A stretch of 64,000 nt of DNA from an uncultured Planctomycetaceae bacterium (GTDB lineage: Bacteria > Planctomycetota > Planctomycetia > Isosphaerales > Isosphaeraceae), in contig CAWIAD010000001.1 of NCBI GenBank assembly GCA_963833985.1, positions 1,312,001-1,376,000 on the forward strand, given 5' to 3'. The translations under genes were made by a program, and so were the position numbers. Shown one piece after another: positions 1 to 8,616 of the stretch (positions within the stretch are counted from its first letter, which is position 1; each line of letters opens with the position of its first letter). Below the pieces are notes generated by a model, which was not told where the DNA came from, did no database searches, and worked only from the letters and a program-made list of their open reading frames with translations.

Positions 1-1237
1 CCGGCGCGGGCTTGCCGTCAGGATCGAGTACGCGTCCGGCTACCTGCATCCGCTCGGAGCGGCCCGATCGATTCTGCGTCGTCGGGGCCACGGTTTTCGG
101 CTCGTCGCGGGCCGCGAGCCGGGCCGTCGAGAGCGGCAGCACAACGGCCGCGGCCAGCGCGATGAGCAGACCCGCCCCGCGCCGGTTCACGCTGCGGTGG
201 CTGCGCGACGGATCGAGGATCGCCCGGATGCGTGCTTCGAGCTGCAATGGCCTCGCCATGGACACGGCCGCGGTGGCGAGCCCGGGCGTCGAACGGAACG
301 CCCGTGCCACGTCAACCAGGTGAGCCGCGTACTCGGTGGCGCACGTGCCGGCTTGCAAGACCATGTCGTCGCAGGCGCGCTCGCTCTCGACCCGCAGCCT
401 GCGTGCCGCCAGCCAGACGAGCGGATGGAACCAGTACACCGCACAGGCAAGGCGGGCCAGCATCTGCGTCAGGCAGTCCCACCGTGTGACGTGGGCCAGC
501 TCGTGCAGCAGTACCGCCCGGAGCCGCTCGCGGGGCCAGGCCTCGGCCCCGGCCGGCAGCAGGATCACCGGCCGCAGCAGGCCCCAGGTCATGGGCGAAG
601 ACGACGTGTCGCCCCGGAGGATGCGCACACCGCGCCGTCCGCGCAGGGAACCGGCCAGATGACGGGCCAGTTCCAGGAGTGTCTCATCCCGTGTGATCGC
701 GCAGCGGTGGGCGATGCGGCGGACTGCCGCCAGACCCCCAGGAACCGGGGCAAGCACGCACACCACGCCCATGCCCCAGGCCGCGGCGATCCAGAAAGCC
801 CAGCTCGCGGCAAGGCGCTTCACCTCGGGCACAGGCCTCATGATGGGCTCGACATCGCGGCGTCCGGGGTCGCCGATCGGCCGCGTCATCCGCGTGCCGG
901 AGGCCGCCAGGTCCGCGGGAGTCGCGCTCGTGATCGCCTCGTGGGCAACCGCCGTCCGCGCGTCGGCGTCCCCGGCCGGTGCCGGAGGTCGAGTGCCTGG
1001 CAGAACGGGTACGCTCCAGGGCGGCAGGCCGAACGTCAACCCGGGGATCACCAGGGTTCCCGCGAGGGCCAATGTCCACACCAGGTGGCGCAATGAAGCC
1101 GAGGCACGCCCTAGCCCTGCGCTGGCAAGGAAGGCCACGGCCAGTGCGATCGTGGCCCGGAGCGCGCTGGCCACGGCGACCTGGCGCCACGTGTCGAGCG
1201 AGCCTGGCATCGAGCCGAGGTCGAGGAGCATCTCCAT
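1..1237 (-). CDS. BlaR1/MecR1-like M56 family metallopeptidase, 5' part (runs off the window)
   Basis: Hand translation from ATG at 1237: MEMLLDLGS...SASLRHLVWTLAL, hydrophobic segments and the RAVLLHELAHVTR zinc motif (HELAH at 491-505); starts 2 bp after the BlaI-family gene. Absent from the ORF track because there is no stop in the window. Confidence 0.9.
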   Translation of the reverse strand, partial: MEMLLDLGSMPGSLDTWRQVAVASALRATIALAVAFLASAGLGRASASLRHLVWTLALAGTLVIPGLTFGLPPWSVPVLPGTRPPAPAGDADARTAVAHEAITSATPADLAASGTRMTRPIGDPGRRDVEPIMRPVPEVKRLAASWAFWIAAAWGMGVVCVLAPVPGGLAAVRRIAHRCAITRDETLLELARHLAGSLRGRRGVRILRGDTSSSPMTWGLLRPVILLPAGAEAWPRERLRAVLLHELAHVTRWDCLTQMLARLACAVYWFHPLVWLAARRLRVESERACDDMVLQAGTCATEYAAHLVDVARAFRSTPGLATAAVSMARPLQLEARIRAILDPSRSHRSVNRRGAGLLIALAAAVVLPLSTARLAARDEPKTVAPTTQNRSGRSERMQVAGRVLDPDGKPAP

Positions 1238-1239
1238 GG

Positions 1240-1629
1240 TCAGCGTCCCTCCTTCCGGGCCTGGTCGATGAGGCCGGAAATCCGGTCCAGGTCTTCATCG
1301 CTGAGCTTGGCGCCGGGCTCGCCGAGCAGTGCCGCGACGGCCTGCGCCGTGGAGCCCTCGAAGAACGTTTGCACCACCTGGCGGATCGCCGAGCGGCGGG
1401 CCTTGTCGCGCCGGACCGTGGGCAGGAACACGTAGCGCGGGCCGTCCTGCTCGTGCCGCAGGTGCCCCTTCGCTTCGAGCACCCGCAGGAGCGCCCGGAT
1501 GGCCGAGTAGCTGGGCGGGTCGGCAAGGCCCTCCTGGACCTCGGCGGCCGTCGCCCGGCCCCTCCGGTAAATGACGTCCATGATCTGCCGCTCCCGGCGG
1601 CTGAGCGATTCGTGCGTGGGACGACCCAT
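1240..1629 (-). CDS. BlaI/MecI/CopY family transcriptional repressor
   Basis: 129 aa, LSRRERQIMDVIY...SYSAIRALLRVLEAKG...FFEGS wHTH signature; upstream of the M56 peptidase. Confidence 0.93.
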   Translation of the reverse strand: MGRPTHESLSRRERQIMDVIYRRGRATAAEVQEGLADPPSYSAIRALLRVLEAKGHLRHEQDGPRYVFLPTVRRDKARRSAIRQVVQTFFEGSTAQAVAALLGEPGAKLSDEDLDRISGLIDQARKEGR

Positions 1630-1695
1630 GAGACTTCCATCTCCGCTTGCTGGCCCGTGGCGCTCCTCTCCCGCCGGTCAACCCGGCTCAGAGAG

Positions 1696-1749
1696 TGCTG
1701 AAAAACCAGCATGATGCTAAAATCCTAGCATGTTGCACGAGCCCGTCAA
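1696..1749 (-). promoter_or_regulatory. Sigma70-type promoter with two tandem palindromic operators for the BlaI-M56 operon
   Basis: Minus strand TTGACG (1749-1744), 16 nt ending in TGC, then TAGGAT (1727-1722); palindromes TGCTG-N6-CAGCA (1696-1711) and TGCTA-N6-TAGCA (1715-1730), the second overlapping the -10. Confidence 0.7.
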
Positions 1750-1985
1750 GGGGTCTGCTCATTTTTTGGCGCCCGGGGTCCGGCAACGATGCTCGAGGGG
1801 GATCATTCCCGGGAGGCAGGCTCAGAACCAGGAACCGACAGTTTTTCAGATCCCGGCTGCCTCGCGACGAATCCGTTCCCGGCAGCTTTCTCGAACGCGT
1901 CGGGCCGGCGAATCGGTTGCAATTACCTTGCACACAATACGATCGAAATCGTTAGTAATTTATATTATAAATATCTTTGTTCCTC

Positions 1986-2114
1986 GTTCCCACGCGGAGC
2001 GTGGGAACAAGTTTGTCGCACATATATTAGATAATGAATAAAAAATTCTACGACATGTGTGCGCCTCGTTCCCACGCTCCGCGTGGGAATGCCGTCTGCG
2101 ACGCTCCGCGTCGC
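1986..2114. repeat. REP-like palindrome cluster, family A (GTTCCCACGCNNNGCGTGGGAAC)
   Basis: Copies at 1986-2008 and 2068-2090 plus hairpin GCGACGCTCCGCGTCGC at 2098-2114, in AT-rich flanks; reverse-complement homolog of the 20190-20310 segment. Confidence 0.85.
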
Positions 2115-2487
2115 TCGGGCCGGTGCGTAGGCCGGGGAATCCGCGGCAAGCGCCGCGTCCCCAGGCTCGGCAAGTGGTTCCACCCGCACCACCGCGAGGC
2201 CAGCCACCGCCAGCGCGATCTCCGCCCCATGATCATGAAGCGCGGCGGTACCGTCTCGACCGGGGCCGCTTCGTAGCCGGTCAGAAAACTGATACACACA
2301 GATCATGCCGGGTTGAGACGAGGGGAGGCCGCCGGCTGTCTACCGGAACCGTTGATCCCGCTCTCCGGCCACAAGAAGACCGTAGGAGCGGATCCGTCGC
2401 GGCCAGGTCCGCTCTGGGCCGTATACACCGTCCGGCGGCAGCCTGCCCGCTGCCCCTTTGGAATGAACGAAAGGAGCAGAGCGACCG

Positions 2488-3078
2488 ATGAGCACGATCA
2501 GCCGATCACCCGGCCGGCTGCGGATCTCGGCCCAGCAGTTCGGCCGGATGCAAGACGCCGGCGTCTTCGAAGGTCAGCACGTCGAGTTGCTCGACGGGGA
2601 GCTCTACGAAGTGACCAGGAACCCGCCCCACAATGCCGCCGTCGACGCGCTCGCTGAGGCCATGCGCGCCCTGCTGCCCCGCGACCTGTACCGGGTGCGT
2701 GAAGAGAAGTCGATCGAGCCCTGGAAGGACTGGTGGCCCGAACCCGATATTGCGGTGGTGCGCGGCCAGGCCGCGGACGACTTTCATCGCCACCCGGGCC
2801 CCGCCGACATCGTGCTCGTGGCCGAGGTCTGCGAGTCCTCGCCTCAGGACCGCACCAGGAAGCTGGCCGGCTATGCCGCCGCCGGATTCGCCGCGTACTG
2901 GATCCTTGACCTGGCCCTGCGCGTCCTGGAAGTCCACACCGGCCCGGCCCTCGGCGCGTACACCTTGCGCGAGGTCGTCCTGGAAACCGAATCCGTGGAC
3001 CTGATCATCGCGGGCCGCACGTTCGGCCGCATCGCCGTCGCCGGCCTGCTGCCTCCCAGCCGTGAGGGAGGCGATTGA
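2488..3078 (+). CDS. Uma2 (DUF820) family putative endonuclease
   Basis: VELLDGEL...PPH...PEPDIAVV...LVAEV...K...YAAAG..YWILDL motif pattern; AGGAG RBS upstream. Confidence 0.9.
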   Translation: MSTISRSPGRLRISAQQFGRMQDAGVFEGQHVELLDGELYEVTRNPPHNAAVDALAEAMRALLPRDLYRVREEKSIEPWKDWWPEPDIAVVRGQAADDFHRHPGPADIVLVAEVCESSPQDRTRKLAGYAAAGFAAYWILDLALRVLEVHTGPALGAYTLREVVLETESVDLIIAGRTFGRIAVAGLLPPSREGGD

Positions 3079-3340
3079 CCACCACAATCGGTCGCGTCGC
3101 CGTGCCCCGCCGCCAGCATCGCAGACTCTTCCTCCCTGCCCGAGGAGACGCCACCCGACTCTTTCCTCGATGGGTCATCCCATCGTCTGTTCCTTCGTTG
3201 TCGAGAAGGCTGGTTTCCAGGACCAGGCGTGTTATGCTTGGTACAATGCATCACACGGCGGTCGGCTTATGAACTTTGGTTCGACCGTAAGCGACGACTT
3301 GTCGCCTTTGCTTTGGAGCGAGATCAGAGCCGTGGAATCG

Positions 3341-5188
3341 ATGACCACGTTCGACAGCACCAAGGAGAGCCTGCTCGACCTTCTTCAGAGCATCAAGCAG
3401 GCGAAGACCCAGCTTCCCGACTTTCAACGGGGCTGGGTCTGGGACGACGACCACATCCGCAGCCTGCTGGCGAGCGTGTCACTCTCATTCCCCATCGGGG
3501 CGGTGATGATGCTCCAGACCGGCAACCCGGACGTTCGCTTCAAGCCACGGCTGGTCGAGGGATTGGAACTCGCAAATCCTCCCGAGCCCGAGCGGCTCAT
3601 CCTCGACGGTCAGCAGCGCCTCACTTCGCTCTTTCTGGCCTTGCTCTCCGGAGCCCCGGTCCAGACCAGGGACCGAAGAGACCACCCCATCAAGCGGTGG
3701 TACTACCTGGACATTGCCAGGGCGCTCAGTCCCAACGGTGACCGCGAGGATGCGATCGTCGGGATTCCAGAAGACCGTCAGATCCGCAACTTCCGCGGGG
3801 AAGTGGTCGCCGATTACTCGACGACCGAGAAAGAGTGTGCGGCGGAGTATCTCCCCCTGCCGCTGGTTTATGACACTGCGGGCCTGACCGACTGGCAAAT
3901 GAAGTACCTTCAAATCGACCCGGTCCATATTCAGGAGCGCCTGAATCGTTGGAACCAGCTGGTGAGCTCCGTCATCCAGCGGTTCCAGCAGTATCACATT
4001 CCATTGATTCTCATGCGAAAGCAGACGCCGAAGGAGGCTGTCTGCCAGGTGTTCGAGAAGGTCAACACGGGCGGAGTGTCGCTCAACGTCTTCGAGCTGC
4101 TCACGGCGACCTATGCCGCCGACGAGTACAACCTGCGTGAAGACTGGGATGCTCGTCTGAAGCGCCTCAAGAAGCACAAGGTCCTTGAAGAAATCGAGAG
4201 CAGCGAGTTCCTCCAGGCAGTGACCCTGCTCGCAACCCGTGCCCGTCGCGTTCAAGCCCTTGAGGCGGGAACGGCGGGAGAGAATGCGCCGGGAATTAGC
4301 TGCAAGCGGAAGGAGGTTCTCCGCCTCACGTTGGACGAATACAAGACCTGGGCCGAGGTAACGACTCACGGCTTCGAGAAGGCTTCAAAACTGCTTTTCG
4401 GGCTGAGGATCTTCTCGTCTCGGGATGTTCCCTACCGCACGCAGATCACTCCGCTGTCAGCCATCCTTGCGACGCTGGGCGGCAAATCCGAGACGGACGG
4501 TGTCCGGGCCAAACTGTCGCGCTGGTACTGGTGTGGCGTTTTTGGAGAGCTTTACGGCAGCGCCGTTGAGACTCAGTTTGCCAAGGACTTGCCCGAGTTC
4601 CTGGCCTGGCTTGAGGGCGGCCAGGAACCTTCCGCCATCAGCACGGCCAACTTCGCCCCCGAGCGCCTGCTGACCCTCAAGACCCGCAACAGCGCCGCGT
4701 ACAAGGGTCTTTATGCGCTGCTACTGAAAGAGGGCGGGCAGGATTTTCGATCAGGCGAGACGATCAACCATCAGTCCTACTTCGACGACAAGATTGACAT
4801 CCACCACATCTTTCCCCAGCAATGGTGCCGCAACAACGGCATCGAGCCCAAGCGCTGCGATTGCATCGTGAACAAGACGGCGCTGTCGGCGAAGACGAAC
4901 CGGATGATCGGCGGCGCCGCGCCGAGTGCCTATCTTGCCAGGGTTCAGAAGAGCGCGGGGATCGGTGCCGACCGGATGGACCAGATCCTGGAGTCGCACG
5001 TGATCGCCCCCGCTTTGCTCCGGGCCGACGACTTCACGGCCTTCTTCAAGGCGCGCGAGAAGGCGCTGCTGGACCGGGTAGAGGCCGCCATGGGCAAGCC
5101 CATCGCCCGCGATATCTTGCAGCCGGTGCTCGAAGAGGCGAACGACTACGAGGATGAAGAACTTGCGGACGAGGGGATGGTCGCCTGA
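3341..5188 (+). CDS. DUF262 (GmrS-like) + C-terminal HNH-like domain, GmrSD-type (type IV) restriction nuclease
   Basis: LPDFQRGWVW, LILDGQQRLTSL and VFEKVNTGG DUF262 motifs; C-terminal DIHHIFP...N...N His-Me finger. Start placed at MTTFDS (3341); the ORF track extends to 3062. Confidence 0.85.
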   Translation: MTTFDSTKESLLDLLQSIKQAKTQLPDFQRGWVWDDDHIRSLLASVSLSFPIGAVMMLQTGNPDVRFKPRLVEGLELANPPEPERLILDGQQRLTSLFLALLSGAPVQTRDRRDHPIKRWYYLDIARALSPNGDREDAIVGIPEDRQIRNFRGEVVADYSTTEKECAAEYLPLPLVYDTAGLTDWQMKYLQIDPVHIQERLNRWNQLVSSVIQRFQQYHIPLILMRKQTPKEAVCQVFEKVNTGGVSLNVFELLTATYAADEYNLREDWDARLKRLKKHKVLEEIESSEFLQAVTLLATRARRVQALEAGTAGENAPGISCKRKEVLRLTLDEYKTWAEVTTHGFEKASKLLFGLRIFSSRDVPYRTQITPLSAILATLGGKSETDGVRAKLSRWYWCGVFGELYGSAVETQFAKDLPEFLAWLEGGQEPSAISTANFAPERLLTLKTRNSAAYKGLYALLLKEGGQDFRSGETINHQSYFDDKIDIHHIFPQQWCRNNGIEPKRCDCIVNKTALSAKTNRMIGGAAPSAYLARVQKSAGIGADRMDQILESHVIAPALLRADDFTAFFKAREKALLDRVEAAMGKPIARDILQPVLEEANDYEDEELADEGMVA

Positions 5189-5238
5189 CCCTTGCGAGTC
5201 TTGTGGATGCCCGATCCCGTCACCAGGTGAGACGAACG

Positions 5239-7977
5239 ATGGCCAGGAAGAAGAAGTCGGCAGTAGCCCCCGATTACGACGAGTTCCGGCATCCCGAGGC
5301 GACCAGCCCGATGCGGCCCGAGGTCGGCACTCAGGCCCAGTTCAAGAAGAAGAAGCCGCCGGTGACCTACCGGTATGATAGCTCGCTCTCACCGGCCCTG
5401 GACTGGGACGGCCAGAACCCGGCCCGCGAGCAGGGCGAAGCGATCATCGCTGCTCTCACGGAGCGGCTTGCCGAGATGCGCGCGGCGCTCGACGAGCCAG
5501 GACTCGACCCGACTGTGCGCGACAAGCTGGCGTCGGCCACCGGCCAGTGCGTCGCGCTGCTGGATCGGCTCAAGGCCATGTCGCGCCCGTTTCTGAACTG
5601 GGCCGGTAAGGCCGAGCGGCTGTCATTCGACGTGCCAACGCTGCCGCTCTTCGTCCACGAGCGACTCTCGACCAAGGCCATCATCGAAACGCTCAGCGGA
5701 CACCGCCGTTCCCGGGAAACACAGCTCAACTTCCTGAATTTCTTCGGCGACCCACGCCACCCGATCTCGGACCAGATCTTGAGGGCGTACGAGTACCGCG
5801 ACAACTGGGTCAACCGCATGATTTTGGGTGACTCGCTCGTCGTCATGAACTCGCTGCTGCACTACGAGAACCTTGGCGGCCAGGTGCAGATGGTTTACAT
5901 GGACCCGCCGTATGGCGTCAGGTACGGATCGAATTTCCAGCCATTCATACGAAGGAGAGATATCTCTAACGGCGATGACGAAGACATGACGCGCGAACCG
6001 GAAATGGTTCAGGCATATCGCGATACATGGCATTTTGGCCTTCATTCGTACCTTACCTACTTCAGAAATCGCCTCCTTCTCGCTAGGGAACTGCTTAGCC
6101 CTCAAGGCAGTGCCTTCGTTCAAATCTCAGATGATAACCTACATCATGTGCGAGAGTTACTCGACGAGGTGTTCGGTCCCGACAATTTTGTATGCGTGAT
6201 AACCTTGAAGAAAACGACGGGGAGTACGTCTGTGTTTCTCTCGTCGACCGCTGACTATCTACTTTGGTACGGCAAGGACGTCACGCAAACCAAGTACAAA
6301 CGGCTCTATACGCTAAAGATTCATCTTGACGAGACGACAGAGCGCTATGATCAACTCGAGCTCGGCGACGGGACTCGGAGGCCGATGAGTGTAGCCGAAA
6401 AGAACGGGGAAATCGCGTTGCCTATCGGCTCACGACGGTATCAACTCGACAACCTTACGAGCTCCGAGTACCGCCCAGATACAACAGTCTCATTCGCATT
6501 CGAGGGCCGCTCATACTTCCCGGGCAACAACGCGCACTGGAAGACCACTATTGAGTCCCTGAATAACCTCGGTCGTAGTAGACGCCTTCAGGCCACCGGA
6601 GGAAAATCGTTGAGATTCGTCAAGTTTCTCGACGATTTTCCGGCCACACCGGTTGGGAACATTTGGTCGGACATCGCCGGATCAATTCAAAGTCGGAGCG
6701 ACCCAAAAATCTACGTGGTTCAAACTTCGACCTCGTCTGTACAGCGCTGCATGCTCATGACAACCGACCCCGGCGATCTTGTCCTCGATCCCACCTGCGG
6801 CAGCGGCACAACGGCTTACGTTGCCGAGCAATGGGGCCGGCGCTGGATCACGATTGATACGAGCCGGGTCCCGCTGGCCCTGGCCCGGCAACGACTGCTC
6901 ACGGCGACCTTCCCTTACCACCGGCTCGCGGATGAGAAGCGCGGGCCGATCGGAGGGTTCGTCTACAAGCGAAAGCAAAACAGCAAGGGCGAGGAGGTCG
7001 GCGGCATCGTGCCGCACATCACGCTCAAGTCGATCGCCAACAACGAGCCGCCGGCCGAGGAGGTGCTCGTCGACCGGCCCGAGGTCGAAGGGGGCATCAC
7101 GCGGGTGACGGGTCCGTTTGTCGTCGAGGGTACGATTCCGCCGCCGGTCGACGTGCCTGCGGAGGCCGAGGAAGCCGGGAAACCGCTCTCCGGCGGCGAC
7201 GGTAGGTTCTCGGAACGGATGCTCGAGGTCCTGCGCAGGAGCCCGGTGCTCCGGCTCGATGGCAACCGGACGGTGATCTTCAAGAACGTCCGGCCGCCGG
7301 CCAAGGCGCACTCGCTCGACGCCGAGGCGATCCAGGAGGGGGACGGCGACCCGCTGGTCGCGTTCGCCTTCGGCCCGGAGAACGGCGCGGTCACCGAGAC
7401 GCTGGTGCACCAGGCCCTTCGCGAGGCGAACCTCAAGGGCTATGCCAATCTCTACGTCATGGGCTTCGCCATCCAGCCCAACGTGCGCAAGCTGGTCGAC
7501 GACGCCGCGGAGATGGGCACGCCCGCCACCTACGTTCAGGCCACGCCCGACCTGATGATGGGCGACCTGCTCAAGAACATGCGCTCGAGCCAGATCTTCA
7601 GCGTCTGCGGGCTGCCCGAGATCGAACTTCGCAAGACGGGCGACGGCCGCTGTGAGGTGGAATTGCTGGGCCTTGACGTGTTCGACCCGGTCACCATGGA
7701 GGTGGCGCACCGGGGAGGCGACGACGTCCCCGCCTGGTTCCTGGACACCGATTACAATAACCTCTGCTTCCACGTCTGCCAGGCCTTCTTCCCGCGCACC
7801 TCCGCCTGGGATAACCTGAAACGTGCGCTCAAGGGAGTTTACGACGACTCGGTCTGGGACCATCTGGCAGGTACGGTCAGCACCCCATTCGAGCCGGGCG
7901 AGCACAGTCAAATTGCAGTGAAGGTGATCGATGACCGGGGAAATGAATTGCTGGTGGTGAAGCCATGCCCGAGCTAA
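5239..7977 (+). CDS. mod: Type III restriction-modification methyltransferase (Mod, beta-class amino-MTase)
   Basis: NRMILGDSL, catalytic DPPY before the SAM motif VLDPTCGSGTT, long C-terminal extension ending IAVKVIDDRGNE; start at MARKKK. Confidence 0.9.
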   Translation: MARKKKSAVAPDYDEFRHPEATSPMRPEVGTQAQFKKKKPPVTYRYDSSLSPALDWDGQNPAREQGEAIIAALTERLAEMRAALDEPGLDPTVRDKLASATGQCVALLDRLKAMSRPFLNWAGKAERLSFDVPTLPLFVHERLSTKAIIETLSGHRRSRETQLNFLNFFGDPRHPISDQILRAYEYRDNWVNRMILGDSLVVMNSLLHYENLGGQVQMVYMDPPYGVRYGSNFQPFIRRRDISNGDDEDMTREPEMVQAYRDTWHFGLHSYLTYFRNRLLLARELLSPQGSAFVQISDDNLHHVRELLDEVFGPDNFVCVITLKKTTGSTSVFLSSTADYLLWYGKDVTQTKYKRLYTLKIHLDETTERYDQLELGDGTRRPMSVAEKNGEIALPIGSRRYQLDNLTSSEYRPDTTVSFAFEGRSYFPGNNAHWKTTIESLNNLGRSRRLQATGGKSLRFVKFLDDFPATPVGNIWSDIAGSIQSRSDPKIYVVQTSTSSVQRCMLMTTDPGDLVLDPTCGSGTTAYVAEQWGRRWITIDTSRVPLALARQRLLTATFPYHRLADEKRGPIGGFVYKRKQNSKGEEVGGIVPHITLKSIANNEPPAEEVLVDRPEVEGGITRVTGPFVVEGTIPPPVDVPAEAEEAGKPLSGGDGRFSERMLEVLRRSPVLRLDGNRTVIFKNVRPPAKAHSLDAEAIQEGDGDPLVAFAFGPENGAVTETLVHQALREANLKGYANLYVMGFAIQPNVRKLVDDAAEMGTPATYVQATPDLMMGDLLKNMRSSQIFSVCGLPEIELRKTGDGRCEVELLGLDVFDPVTMEVAHRGGDDVPAWFLDTDYNNLCFHVCQAFFPRTSAWDNLKRALKGVYDDSVWDHLAGTVSTPFEPGEHSQIAVKVIDDRGNELLVVKPCPS

Positions 7978-8282
7978 GACGACTCCCCGTCGCGATCGAT
8001 CCGCAACAGATCGCCGCCTTTTGCCGGAAGCACCACATGAGGCGGCTGAGCCTCTTCGGCTCGGTGCTTCGAGACGATTTCCGGGCGGACAGCGACGTCG
8101 ATGTTCTGGTCGAGTTCGAGCCCGGTCACACTCCAGGCTGGCATTTCTTCGAGATGCAGGACGAGCTCAGCGAACTGCTCGGCCGGACGGTCGATCTGAA
8201 CACTCCCGAGTTCTTGAGCCGTTACTTTCGCGACGAGGTCCTGGCAGGAGCCCTCTCAATCTATGAATCCGAACGAGGCTGA
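7965..8282 (+). CDS. mntA: Minimal nucleotidyltransferase (MNT) antitoxin
   Basis: GS-X10-DXD motif (FGSVLRDDFRADSDVD), 105 aa, overlaps a HEPN gene. Confidence 0.9.
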   Translation: MPELRRLPVAIDPQQIAAFCRKHHMRRLSLFGSVLRDDFRADSDVDVLVEFEPGHTPGWHFFEMQDELSELLGRTVDLNTPEFLSRYFRDEVLAGALSIYESERG

Positions 8283-8616
8283 CCGGCTGCGGCACATGCT
8301 CGACGCGGCCCAAGCGGCCATCGCGTTTGCGGCCGGCAAGTCGCGGGCGGATCTGGAGGCGGACCGGATGCTCCAGTTCGCGCTGGTTCGTGCCGTCGAG
8401 GTGATCGGCGAGGCCGCCAGCGGACTTCCGCCCGAATACAAGGCCGGTCACACTGGCATTCCATGGAGGGCGATCGTGGGCATGCGGAATCGTTTGATCC
8501 ACGGCTATTTTCAGGTGGACCTGAACATCCTCTGGGAGACGGTGACACGGGACATCCCCGCGCTGATCCCTGAGTTGCAAGCATTGACCCGTTCCCATCA
8601 GGCACCCCCACCATGA
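8263..8616 (+). CDS. hepT: HEPN (DUF86) RNase toxin
   Basis: R-X4-H-X-Y motif (RNRLIHGY), EVIGEAA, IPW; 117 aa. Confidence 0.9.
   Translation: MNPNEADRLRHMLDAAQAAIAFAAGKSRADLEADRMLQFALVRAVEVIGEAASGLPPEYKAGHTGIPWRAIVGMRNRLIHGYFQVDLNILWETVTRDIPALIPELQALTRSHQAPPP

Noticed and set aside
1750..3340. attR direct repeat of the tRNA-Arg 3' end, or an integrase, bounding the defence island
   Set aside because: No copy of cgcgcccggtaggattcgaacc and no recombinase ORF found by eye; the island's left boundary is undefined.
3062..3340. 93-aa N-terminal extension of the DUF262 protein
   Set aside because: Non-coding-like composition and a promoter-like TGGTACAAT at about 3239-3247; the domain begins at MTTFDS.
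5239..7977. Phase-variable mod (phasevarion)
   Set aside because: No simple sequence repeat tract seen in the gene or its upstream region.
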